Source of the DNA: Asterionella formosa
Taxonomy: Eukaryota
Assembly: GCA_002256025.1 (NCBI GenBank)
Contig: NKIB01013282.1
Location: forward strand, 1-60,575
Reading direction: 5' to 3'
Length of the DNA: 60,575 nucleotides
Every line of letters begins with the position of its first letter. The first letter of the stretch is position 1. This document shows, one piece after another, positions 35,844 to 47,198 of the stretch. Below the pieces are notes generated by a model, which was not told where the DNA came from, ran no database searches, and saw nothing but the letters and a program-made list of their open reading frames with translations. A program made the translations under genes and the position numbers.

Positions 35844-36455
35844 GGAGACATGTATACACACATACAAGCATAATGTGCCAATGCTACATAAGGAATGGGT
35901 TTGGAGTCTGTCGTCGAATGGATTCAATTCAAGTCGGGACCCTTTGGCGATTTTTTTTTAAACAGATCTCACTTTTAGGAATAAGAAACCTCACAAAGGC
36001 CTGTAATTTTGGCTTGTACATCATATGGCAGGCAAAATAATTGAGAAGAAATTATTTTCCGAGGAACATACACAGTATTTATTTATAGACTACTATCGAG
36101 AATATTTCCACATTATTATGATCATGACAGTATTTTTCACGCTTCATCACCTACTAAAAGGGACGGTTTGCTGACCAAAATTGTTTTATTAGAATTGACA
36201 TATCTCGAAGATTCAAACTCTCTCGAAGTGGCTGCCCAACAGAAATTCTATTTGTACCTTCTCGTTCGAGATGGGAATGAGGAAATTGCGAGGGGAAAAC
36301 AAAAAAAACCTACACTGCAGCAACAAACATTACAGAAGATATTCATTGTCGACCGACAAAGGCGTTTAGTGTCTTAAACATGTAAATTACAACCATGATG
36401 GCAACGGCACCATGACCGTTGACATTCATTTGATATTTTGTGAATCCTGAATCTT

Positions 36456-37328
36456 CTACGTTTTGCGTCTGTCATCTTCTTGATCCGATACCATGTCATC
36501 GGCCCACTCGTCGTCCGCTTGTTCATCGAAGATCTGATCCATGTCACTCGAGAATTCACTGTCTTGGTCTATTTCTGTGGAGTAATCCATTGGAACACCA
36601 CCCTTCGGTATCACGACAGGGTCATCTGCTAACAATCCATGCTCACGACGAATCTTGTTTTCAAAAGCTTGCCGCCTGGTACAATTGTCAGAAAATACTT
36701 TGAGTTGCTTCAAGTAGAATGAATCCACTTCACTCCAAAAGGTGCTCGGACGCTCCTTAACCTTGTCTTGAATTGCTTTACAGAATTCATCAGCAACAAA
36801 CGATCTTCCTTCTACAAGCGGCAACGATGCCAATTTAGGAAAGAGTTGAGTGTCATCGAGACTAGAGTTGGCTACCAAGGCACCGACAAGGAGCGATGCG
36901 TACACATCAAACACAACTTTGGCAAGTGACAACATTGTAAGTGCGAACCCTCCTCGTGGCTGTTCCGAACTAGGAACAGCAGTTGTCGAATGCTGGAATG
37001 GATTTCCAGCTGAAGTCGTTCCCGGCGGAGGGTCGAGGGTGTACCCTCGTCGCGAGATGAGTCGTTTCGCAATGATTTTCGGAATAGTCCGAAGTGCAGC
37101 AAATGTAACACATGTTGCCACAACTCCTTCGACCAAACCACTTTGATTCAATGCACTCAGACCCTTTCTTTCTTCTTGGTACTCACTACGCTGATCCTTA
37201 GGAATCGATCGAATGTTGGAGCTTTTCAATTGGGAAAGCAGAACAGAAACAAACTCATTGAGAAGCAAGTTTTCCTCTCTGCGTTTCTCGCTCTGCTTTC
37301 GATCTTGAACTTCCTGAGGCGGACTCAT
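36456..37328 (-). CDS. Hypothetical protein with two hydrophobic segments and an acidic tail (~290 aa)
   Basis: Intact ORF from MSPPQEVQ with coding-like composition; no family recognised. Confidence 0.75.
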   Translation of the reverse strand: MSPPQEVQDRKQSEKRREENLLLNEFVSVLLSQLKSSNIRSIPKDQRSEYQEERKGLSALNQSGLVEGVVATCVTFAALRTIPKIIAKRLISRRGYTLDPPPGTTSAGNPFQHSTTAVPSSEQPRGGFALTMLSLAKVVFDVYASLLVGALVANSSLDDTQLFPKLASLPLVEGRSFVADEFCKAIQDKVKERPSTFWSEVDSFYLKQLKVFSDNCTRRQAFENKIRREHGLLADDPVVIPKGGVPMDYSTEIDQDSEFSSDMDQIFDEQADDEWADDMVSDQEDDRRKT

Positions 37329-38253
37329 GTCTCTTGATGTACAGAATATCTTTAGATTACGGCTTGACAAGTATTATTGATTTGAGTTGAGTAGTGATGG
37401 TTAAGAGTAGTCCTGAGCGAAACGATCTTGATCTGAAACATGTTAATGACGAGGGACCAAATGATACATATGCTGTTATGCACAGTGGTGTTGTACCAGT
37501 AACAAGCAGCAAAATACCTACCAGTACATAGAGAATTTAAAATGTGGTGTACCTGGTACCTGGTACCAGGTACCAGGTACCGATAGTTCGTAGGAGCAAG
37601 AGTACGATACCGGTACCTTGTAGACAATCAGTGCCTGGTACCAGGTATGCGAACCCACTCCTGTCGTGTTGAACAATTCTTGATTCCTGACACGCTGACA
37701 CCGATTGATTAATAAAAATAGCTAGTTCATCTTGTGTATCAGTACCAGCAAGTCGTCGCGGTCATTTTGTATTATGTCGAGCACCAACAGGGGAGGGTGA
37801 AAGAATGTGTCTGTTAGGCTGTTGATGTCAACAGGTGTCCGAAGGCTAGATGTATTCTGAGGAATGTCTAAATAGAAATAAATCCATTTTATTACCGGTA
37901 ATAATACTGTATAGCAGAATAAAAAGCAAACGAGCGGCGCGAGAAAGGTCTTGACTGGTGATTCCAGGGCCGTAGCTAGCATGTACTTGGAGTACGTAGC
38001 ATCTCACAAACGTTGGGATATACAGGTCCTATGTATCATTGATTTGCTTCTCGTTTGTTTTGCTTACCGGTAGTAATGTAGGAGGACTGTTTTGCTTAAA
38101 GTAGCAATTTTGCGTTTTGTGACTTCATCATTTCAACGCTGCTGCCATCACAGTCACCTATCTTACGATCTATGTACAACGTAATAATACTGTAACTATA
38201 ACTCTATACCGGTATACTGAATGCGCACCAGTAGTTGTGTACCAATAGTTGCA

Positions 38254-38527
38254 AGCGGCTGAAAAATCCTTCATCATCATGTCATTGCAGTGTTGACCAT
38301 GATGAAAATAGCGAATTTCTCGACGAAAAGTGAAAACGATGCTTACCTGTTTTTTGATACATATATCAAACAAGACATAGATTGTAAAATCTTAAAAGAA
38401 TTATCCTATTAGCACTAATGTTGACAACAAAAATTGAAGTCGCCGCTGGTACATTTTTCATCTAGTAATTTAGAGATGTGCAATCTTTCAAGAACAGATA
38501 GGACACTTTTACAGTGCGTAGCTACAC
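38254..38527 (-). repeat. Dispersed repeat module B, copy 1 (inverted relative to 39884-40139 and 46888-47080)
   Basis: The reverse complement shares GGCGACTTCAATTTT...ATGGTCAA...ATGATGAAGGATT...CAGC with the other copies. Confidence 0.8.
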
Positions 38528-38779
38528 AACAGACAACACTATGACTACAGTATTAACATGAATACTAATCGAAGCAAGAGATGAGAAATAAGGCTATTAT
38601 CTACTGAGAATTGATTGATTGTGAATGGGTAATTTGTATATAGTCCTTGTAGAAGCCGGCAGATGTAAAGCATTTGCTCTAGTGTATGATGTCGTCAATG
38701 CTGCTGGTAATGCTGCCGGTAATGCCCTGCAGTAGTTACAAGGCGATTTAGATACATAGTAGGTTACCTGCAAATTGCA

Positions 38780-39131
38780 TCAGTATAACTTCTGGCAGGT
38801 GACTGCTGAAAGGAACTTCAGTTTTTTTACTATGCCAAATAAAGTGATTTCCCCCAACTTTTCCAGTCCTTATAGCATAGTAGAAAACAGAAGTTCCTTT
38901 CTGTAGTTTCTCGCCAGATCTTATATCCTGACGATAAATAGCGTTGACCTATACCCCTACTTTTGTCAATGACTGTTTTTAAGCATATGGAAAGGGTGTA
39001 TATTGGTGAAAGCTCCGTTTAGCGATATCTATTTATGTTTTACTCATAAGAAGTGTGTGTTTGAGTACTCTTACTCAATATTATTTTTTTAACCCTACCT
39101 GTAAACTAGGGTTGAAATGCAGCAACCTTAA
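38780..39131. mobile_element. End of a non-autonomous DNA transposon (module A), terminus ...GCAGCAACC|TTAA
   Basis: ~350 bp highly similar direct copy of 45050-45404. Contains a long internal hairpin (38791-38918) and ends at TTAA (39128-39131). Confidence 0.7.
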
Positions 39132-39588
39132 GTAGAGTCGATTTGCTTAGCCCCAATTTGTCAGAACCTGTTTTGTCTCTAATTATCTGAATTTGTCGAC
39201 TTTTCCAGTCGTCTTTACACGGCCTGTCTGCGCGAGACATTAGAAGTTTTATACTTTGTTTTCTTGAAGGCTTGCGAGTCGGGGAATATTTGTCGGTTTT
39301 GGGAATGAGTACACGAATACGTAAAATTTCCGCAAATTGCAGGAAGGTCCAGTAGCGCACGTTTTATTCGCACCTTTTCAGTTTCTACGCACTCCCAATG
39401 GATTTTATCATTTCTGCCAGACGAGATAGTCTGGCTTTTCATTCCAGACTCTCTTAGTAATTCAATTTCATCAATGATAAATTATCATTCAATATATCCA
39501 AGTCGTGTTCTGATCATCGAAATCATGTTGACCTACTACTTCTGGTATTGGTATTCAGCAACTGGATGACCTTTTGCTAATGAAGAAC

Positions 39589-39760
39589 TTCTAGTCGCTC
39601 GTAGTCAGCAATTTCTAGTCAAAGTCAGCAGTTTCTTTTCGTAGTCAGCAGTTTCTAGTCTTAGTCATTAGTGGCTGTTTTTAGTTGTAGTCAGCGAATT
39701 CTCGTCGCTGTCAGCAAGTTCTAGTCGTTGTCAGCAGATATATAGTCTCATTTAGTCGCT
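39589..39760 (+). repeat. Degenerate ~20-bp minisatellite (consensus about GTCAGCAGTTTCTAGTCGTA)
   Basis: GTCAGCA and TTCTAGTC cores recur at ~20-bp spacing. Confidence 0.8.
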
Positions 39761-39883
39761 AGCTGGATCAGCAATCATAAACAGAAGAGTTATTTTTGAA
39801 AATGGCAATGGACTATTAATCAACATTACTTTAATAGAAATCAAACAAAATTTGGCTCCACCTACAAGTTACCTTAGTGTAGC

Positions 39884-40139
39884 GTGTTGCGTACTGTGAA
39901 AGTGTCAAATCTGTTCCGTAACTTCGTCGTTTTCAATTGTGCATTGTCTAAACTACCTGAAGAAATGTGCCATTGGCGACTTCAATTTTCATTGTTAATA
40001 GTAGTGTTATTTCAATTATTTTTTTAATGATGGCATTATTCATGTCATTTTCGATATATGTACCCAATAGCAAAAATCATTTTCATTTTCCATGGAGAAG
40101 GTCAAGGCAGTGACGGCATGATGCAGGATTCCCCAGCCG
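39884..40139 (+). repeat. Dispersed repeat module B, copy 2
   Basis: Inverted homolog of 38254-38527. Confidence 0.8.
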
Positions 40140-40165
40140 ATCACAAGAACTTCACTCCAGCGTTT

Positions 40166-40317
40166 AGTAGTACTGGTATGACAGTACCAGCACAATGCTG
40201 CTGGGGGTACTAAGCAGGCAGGTCTATGGCACCAGGCTGTGCATTCATGTACACAGCTAACTGCCAGTACTTCTGATCTTGCTACTGTCATTTCTCTATC
40301 TTTCCCTTAGGAGTCTG
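40166..40317 (+). mobile_element. Fragment of the Copia 5'/gag region (inverted copy of 58608-58761)
   Basis: TAGTAGTACTGGTATGACAG...TTTCCCTTAGGAGTCTG matches the reverse complement of 58608-58761 with few differences. Confidence 0.85.
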
Positions 40318-41863
40318 TAGATTCACTACTCAGTCCATGGTGCCAGCACTTCATTAGTTGCTTCTGGTACTTCCTCACCTTCCTTGTTTTGCCAACTAGA
40401 ATTAAGCTCATATAATTGAAAACATCAGTTTTGTCAACCAAATTTACATTCATTCCTTTCTTTCAACCTTAGATCCCTACAAGATCCACCCTTCTTGACC
40501 TTCCCAAACAGTTTTTAACTTAAGTTCTACACAACCTTGGATCCTTCTACAATCAGTAATCTTCTGGACCTTTTTAGTATTCATCTACCTTTTTTATTAC
40601 CTTCGATTTAAGACTCAATCTCTCATATATATCACTACCGGTACATCATCAAGTGATATACTGACTTTCTTACTATAACAGAAATTTTTCCTATGTACCC
40701 CGTAAGATATGTCGCCCTATCTATTCATTCATACGACCATGTTACAGTTCGTGGTTTGGTTTGGATAGTGGTGGGTGGTGATTGATGCTGAGGTTTCCCA
40801 TGAGGAAACCCCGCCAGAGTTAAAAATACTTTTAATTATATATATCACAATACGGGTACCAGGTAGTACCAAGTAACCGAAATGTACATACCACACGAGC
40901 GATGTGAACGAAAATTGCTGTACGCTGTACTATTGTTAGTACACAATGTACATAATGCCGCTATTTGGTTTGATTACCGTTGTATATTTGCGGACAAATA
41001 TTCGCAATATTCGGACTTGGCTGTTCCACGGAACCGGATATGCTTGTGTCTTCTGTTAAATGGTGCAGCCACGGGTCTGTCTCACTTAAAAAATTTCTGG
41101 TACCAATAGGTACAACTGCTACTTCGGAGAACCAGGTACCTGGTACTGGTACCGATACCGTGGAAATGTGTGGTCACTGCGCGTGAAGCGTTTCTCCTTA
41201 AATTTTCGACTATCCCTAACCTTCTTCATTCACAATTAGAAAATTGCACTTCACATACCGGTATTATGCACATACTGTCTAAGCAATATTTCTTTGCTTT
41301 TTCTGCCTTTGTTCACTTGTTACACGAACCCTAACCCTCCAATAAAGACGATAGAACAATTATAAAATATATGCCCGTACTCCATCTATGTACCGTTATT
41401 GGGGGAGTACCCGTAGTGATGTGCCACGAGGATTTGCTGCTACATAGGTACTAGGTACCACATGTAGGAATACATCGATCACAAAAAATGTGATGTGAAT
41501 TGGGACCGAGAAAAATGTTGATTTGGTATATTAGTTTGAAAGTGTGACTTCCCATTTGGTCCTTGGGTTCGGGTGGCGTTAATGTTTAGTCCCACTTACC
41601 AACAACCTTGCCTGATTTATTGACCGATTCGAACTATAATGCCGGTATGATATATTTTTATTGATGGTATTCTTCGCGACCCCTGTTCGAAGGATTATGT
41701 ATGATGTACCGGTATATGTATATGCAACTGTGTACCGGTATAACTTCAATTTATATATTTTCTCCGTCCAGCACTTGCTGTTCGAAAAACAATGTACGTG
41801 TTCGCCTCTATATTAAGTTGACACAACTTATTATTTCGAAACAACGCAACAGCCTTCTAAATC

Positions 41864-43063
41864 ATGTCGAACAGGAAGAAAGCGCTGCCTCCCTCATTCT
41901 CTGGCAATTACATGCCAGCAAACGTCACTGTGGATGTAGGTGATGACATTGGTGCTGAGACAACTCGACGAATTGGCGGAGTTGGAGTTGTGCCTATTTT
42001 CCATCACTTTGAAATGGCCGCAGCCGGTCCTTCCTTGCAATCAGACCCTTCTTTTAGCACAGCTCCGCAGAAGGTTGCCACTATATTGCTACCACAATCC
42101 ATGAGGCATAAATCACCCGAACCCGAGAAGAAGAATGGATGGAAGCTGAATGATGCTCCCGTTCTGCCGGAGTTTCATCCCCTCGAGCGTTCAGCCGTCT
42201 TCGTGCCACGAACCAAAGTTTCCGAAGTTGCGCAACGTATCAGTGAGGTATTGAGAGATCGATCCATTGCAGCCACGTATGACAATGTCAAGGCTAAGGC
42301 CAGCTGCTCGACCCCTGATCAAGTGGAGTTTAGAATTAGACTTTATCGTGGCAGAAATCAATACTGTCATGGCATCATTGTGGAAGTTCAGCGACGATTT
42401 GGTTCTTCTGCTTCATTCCATGATGACACTGCTGCTATACTCGAAGCTGCTGAAGGCAGGGTCCCTCCTCTTGCGATTGGTTCAAAAGGGAATGCACTAC
42501 CACTTGTGTCAGATTCCGAGGACGACTATAATGATACTAGGCACACTTCCTCATTGGACTTCGTTGCCAAAATGCTTAACTGTCCTGACTACGATGCGCG
42601 CCATCTGGCTCTCGGGACTCTAGCGACTTTGACAGATCCAGCCAAGATGGGGCGTAAGACTTCTCGCAACATCTCGAAGGAGCTTCTTGATGACGACAGC
42701 GACGTCGGGTCCAAGATCATTTCTCTAGTCGTCGACACCAAGCTTGATTACGAAGAAACCTTTGGCCTTCGTGTCCAGGCGATACTTGTTCTCGCAAACG
42801 CTATTAATGCGGTCCGTGGAAATGTTTCCATGTTCTTGCGTGAGAGACTCCGTTCTGCCATTATCACTGACTTGCGAAATGCAGAAGCCAACCCTCAAAT
42901 GGCCTACCTGGCAGCAAGATGCATTGAACCCCTACTCCAAGATGCTCACAGCGAAAGTGAAGTACACGCTGCTCTCGAAGTCGCACGTGCCGTTGGAGAA
43001 TCACGTCACGCAACTCTCAAACGCCAAGCCGAAATTTGTATTCAGAAAATTGAGATGCAATGA
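41864..43063 (+). CDS. Hypothetical protein with KA1-like domain and ARM/HEAT-like helical C-terminus (399 aa)
   Basis: Intact ORF. VEFRIRLYR...GIIVEVQRRFG...FH resembles a KA1 fold; the C-terminus is helical and Leu/Ala-rich. The fold assignment is inferred. Confidence 0.75.
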   Translation: MSNRKKALPPSFSGNYMPANVTVDVGDDIGAETTRRIGGVGVVPIFHHFEMAAAGPSLQSDPSFSTAPQKVATILLPQSMRHKSPEPEKKNGWKLNDAPVLPEFHPLERSAVFVPRTKVSEVAQRISEVLRDRSIAATYDNVKAKASCSTPDQVEFRIRLYRGRNQYCHGIIVEVQRRFGSSASFHDDTAAILEAAEGRVPPLAIGSKGNALPLVSDSEDDYNDTRHTSSLDFVAKMLNCPDYDARHLALGTLATLTDPAKMGRKTSRNISKELLDDDSDVGSKIISLVVDTKLDYEETFGLRVQAILVLANAINAVRGNVSMFLRERLRSAIITDLRNAEANPQMAYLAARCIEPLLQDAHSESEVHAALEVARAVGESRHATLKRQAEICIQKIEMQ

Positions 43064-43824
43064 GTCTTTTGCATTGGACTTATATCTTTCCTGCTTCCGC
43101 ATTCGATTTTTACAGTTCAGTCTGTGCTTTTGTACATTTCCATTTCTATAACATGTGTTCCTTGCTGTCTAATCTAAGTGAATTCATGCCTCATTACGTT
43201 GGACTCTTATTGCACCATACGTTGTCTCTGGGTAACAGAGGCTGCCCCCCTAACCAACGCTACAAAATGGGAAAGAATAAATACATTTAAATAAGTTCTT
43301 CACAATTGAGGAAAACTTTAGTTGAAACTCAAGGTATAGCTAGTTTCATCCGCAGGCAGCAATTATCGCCTCACTGTAGGAAACTAATAGTTTACAACAC
43401 TCTTGCTGTCGCACAGGAACATGACCACACGCCATATTTTAAGCGTAAGAGGGTTGCTGGTTGATTTCCTCATGGTGCATTGCTAACATTCGGCCGAAAC
43501 TAAGACCGGAGTATTTATATAGAACAAAAATAATGAATGATTGCTGCTCGGCTTTGTTCTTAGAATACGTTTGATGTATTCAGAAAAGCTCTATTTCCTA
43601 AATATTGCTTCGACCGCACATAAAAATCAATTGATTCCGATACTTGCTATGTAATGAATCACAGTTCCTATCGGTATTCAGTCACCATATTGAATGAAAA
43701 TCATTTCGGACTTCGGTCGTAAATTAAATAAACTCAAAAACCTAATTCGCCTTATACTATTCATGATTACCTGGTACCAGGTACGGGTACTTCCTCTGTC
43801 GGAAAATAGTTGCATCGATTTTTC

Positions 43825-43897
43825 AAATTTCTCCGGGGCCATTTTAACTCCTACGATTTTCTCCGGCTCAATTTCCCTTTTGTGCGGCTTGATCTAA
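43825..43897 (+). repeat. Dispersed repeat module C (second copy 47699-47755)
   Basis: AAATTT.TCCGGGG.CATTT...CTCAATTTCCCTTTTGTG.GGCTTG.TCTAA occurs at both sites. Confidence 0.7.
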
Positions 43898-45049
43898 AAA
43901 TAAGGCCGTTGCTAGCCGTTGACCCAAACTAACCAAAACCCAAAAACTTATTGTTGGATTGGTTTTGGTTTCGGTCAAACTGACACAAAAACGATGCCAT
44001 CGGTTTTTGGGAAATCCTTTACCGGTATGTTGTCAACCACCCATCTATTGTGACGTAGGATAACAAAACCATTATAAAAAAAGTAAAATATTTCTGTTAG
44101 ACTACTCTTATAAATGAAATATTATTATTCCTATTTGGGAATAAGTGTCTTTTTCCCGCAATTTGAGCGATGCTGCTGTCTTGTCATCCAACTACCGTTC
44201 ACACCAGTATGTATGTACCGGTATACTATAGTGTCGTAGTATATATATCTACTCCGAGTAGATATTACCAGGTACATAACAACCACAAGAACATAACATC
44301 TGTCGATCACTGCTCAGCATCCTCGATCATGGCGCCAGCACCCCTTCCAGCCAAGAAAGCTCTTTCTCCCTCTGCACAGCAAAAGGAGTTGCAATGAACT
44401 GTTGCTGTTCTGGACAAGATATCAGCAGGAGGGCCAACAATGATGATCAAAAATCTTCAGAATAAAATATATCTACTCTATCATGGCGATCCATCTGTGA
44501 AAGGAAGCATTGGATATTTGGAGTCTCTGCTGAGGGGAAGGGGTCAGTTAGAAGACCTTTGGAGTAGGAGAGGAGCTGAATACCAATGTCCCAGGAAGAA
44601 ATGCAGATCGCGTTTCTGCCTTTGATTTGGTACCAGGTACCACACGTATGATTTCCAATGATGATAATCCACTGGTACCCGCACTGGATATAGTATCGGC
44701 CAACCAGTACACCCAAAGAAATGTTACATGTTTATCCAATGTGGCCGGTGTGGGTTTGCAATTCCTCGCACAATCAAATGGAGGTGAATATTTCGCAATA
44801 GCCAATCAGTACATATATAATACTGTGTGCACTTAGAATGGAATTATTGGTACTGGAAATTTTACGACTAAATATTGCATCACAAGACTATCATTCCAAT
44901 GATGACGTTTCAGCGCTAAGTGGTTCTGATTCCGACATTTTGGAGACCGTAGAAAAGACCGATTTTGTCGAATTTTTGGACAACGATAGCTCAACGTTGG
45001 CTGGGTCTGAAGCCAATTTAGATACACAGCAGGTAACCTTCAAATAGGA

Positions 45050-45755
45050 TCAGTAGTTAACTTCTGGCGAGAAACTGCTGAGAGGAACTTAAGTTTTTTT
45101 AACTATGCCAAATGAAGTGATTTCCCCCGAAATTTCTAGTCTTTATTATAGCATAGTTTAAAAACCGAAGTTTCCCTCTGCAGTTTCTCGCCAAATCCTA
45201 GATCCTGACGATATATAGCGTTGACCTTTACCCCTACTTTTGTCAATGACTGTATCTAAGCATATGTAAAGAGTGTATATTGGTGAAAGCTCCATTTAGC
45301 GATACACATTTGTGTTTTACTCGTAAGAAGTGTGTGTTTGAGTACTCTGACTCAATATTTTTTAACCCTACCTCTAAACTAGGGTTGAAATGCAGGAACC
45401 ATAAGGTTGCAGCCCCGGAGTTACACATTACGAGGTCCGTTTTTTGCCAAAATAATTTTATAACGTACCTTAATCAACGCATTAAGCACAATTATATAAA
45501 ATAGTTAAAGGTAAAATTAGCTTTCACCAATACAACCACTTTGTTTACCGGTATGCTTAGATACAGTTATTGGTCGACTTAGGGGTATGTTCTATCTTCG
45601 GATATGGTAAGGACCTCATTTCTGGAGAGAAGTGGCAGTTGTCCCTCTTGGAATCGTAACTATCCAAAAAATAGTCATAAAAGGGGGCCATCAAGCTTTT
45701 TAAAAAATCTTCGAGGGATAACTGCCACTTCTCTGCAGAAGTTAAATGCTGAAGT
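45050..45755. mobile_element. Two abutting module-A transposon ends in opposite orientation sharing ATAA (45401-45404)
   Basis: Junction reads ...GCAGGAACC|ATAA|GGTTGCAGC... The right arm contains reverse complements of left-arm blocks (AGCTTTCACCAATAC, ATGCTTAGATACAG, CAGAAGTTAA). Confidence 0.7.
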
Positions 45756-46592
45756 TATAGGGTACACGGCTATCTATTTCATTCTTCATGAAACCCCGTA
45801 GATGTAGAGCAATCCTCCTCCAAAAAGTCGACCCGATCGGCTTTTTCAACAGTCGCTAAAATATTGGAATCAGAATTTGTATGTGCAAAAACGCTCTCGT
45901 AGTATACTTAGAGTCTTGCGTAGGTATGTTTCGCTGAATAATTCTCAGTCCGAAAAGACTCCAGGGTAAGTTCCTGCGTCACTACATATATTCTGATTGG
46001 TTGAATTGAATTTATTCACCTGCTTCAGATTCGCTGAAGTATCCCGGTCTTGTAAAATCCCGCCAGTCACACTTGAACCACACGTATTAGATGTACTGAA
46101 TACTGGTTGGTAAAATTAGTACCGGTACTACCGGTAGTGCATCCTGTCTTCCATCATGATGAACCAAGATTATGTACTACCTGGTACTCCGAGTACCGAA
46201 ATACCGTTACTCTAGGACTCCGGTACTGGCCCACCAGGACAACGAAGAGATTTCCCTAACACTGGACCTAAGTAAATTTCATAAGTTCAAAAGGATAGCG
46301 GACATTTTTCTAAGATGTATTAATATGAAAATTATTTCCGTGCTGTGAAAAATGAGAGAGTTCTTCCATTAAAAAAAAACAAAAATGATATTTAAACATT
46401 TATACTTTTTCTACGTTGCTGAAGGATGTAGACATAATTTTGCTCAACACCAAAACACGTACATATATCAGGAGTATGCCAACATGTATGCTCATGGCTC
46501 TTGTTCATACGTCAATTATGAATCTACGTTGCTGTATGTAGTTTCAATATCACTCCACGCACAAAGGAATATATCGGCATGTAAATCCCCCT

Positions 46593-47080
46593 AAAGGTTG
46601 CAGCCCCGGCTTAACCCTAGTTTGGAGAAAAAATCGCTAGGGTTGTAAAAACGGCATGGAACAGGGAGTTTCCTACTATGAATTCCCATGATTCGAGTGT
46701 CCATTTGAAAATTTGAATTAAATAGGAATCGGCGCCAGAGTGATAGAGTTTCATTTTAAGCTTGCGGCCCCGGCTTAACCCTAGTTCGGAGAAAACATCG
46801 CTAGGGTTGTAAAAACGGCGTGGAACAGGGAGTTTCCTACTATGAATTCTCGTGATTCGAGTGTCCATTTGAATATTTGAATTAAAAAGCGGCGATCTCA
46901 ATTTTCGTTGTCATTATTAGTGTTATTACTTTACTTCTTTTACAATTGTATTTCTCCATGTCATTCTTAATACAGGTAGCAAGTATTTAGCAAAGCGTCG
47001 TTCTCTATTTTCATGGAGATTATTCGTATTTTCGTCATGGTCAAGGTTGCGACAACATGATGAAGGATTCTCCAGCTGCT
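46593..47080 (+). mobile_element. Non-autonomous element end: tandem-duplicated terminus (164-bp period) followed by module B copy 3
   Basis: AAGGTTGCAGCCCCGGCTTAACCCTAG... occurs at 46594 and again 164 bp later. 46888-47080 matches module B. Confidence 0.75.
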
Positions 47081-47088
47081 AACAGCCA

Positions 47089-47198
47089 CTACCTGAGTTC
47101 TATTGCGTTTTGTATGTACAAAAGAATCGCAACATGATAACTAGCTACCTGTTTTCTCTTGTGTTTTGTATGTACAAAAGAATCGCAACATGATAGCT
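47089..47198 (+). repeat. Tandem duplication, ~56-bp unit x2
   Basis: CTACCTG...GTTTTGTATGTACAAAAGAATCGCAACATGATA.CTA occurs twice. Confidence 0.88.

Noticed and set aside
44329..45047. Coding-like tract starting MAPAPLPAKKALSP
   Set aside because: Multiple stops and frameshifts and no assignable family; probably a relic.
46611..46790. piggyBac termini (TTAACCCTAG)
   Set aside because: Shared homology extends ~15-20 bp outside this TTAA to the GGTTGC end, so it looks internal. No piggyBac transposase is visible.
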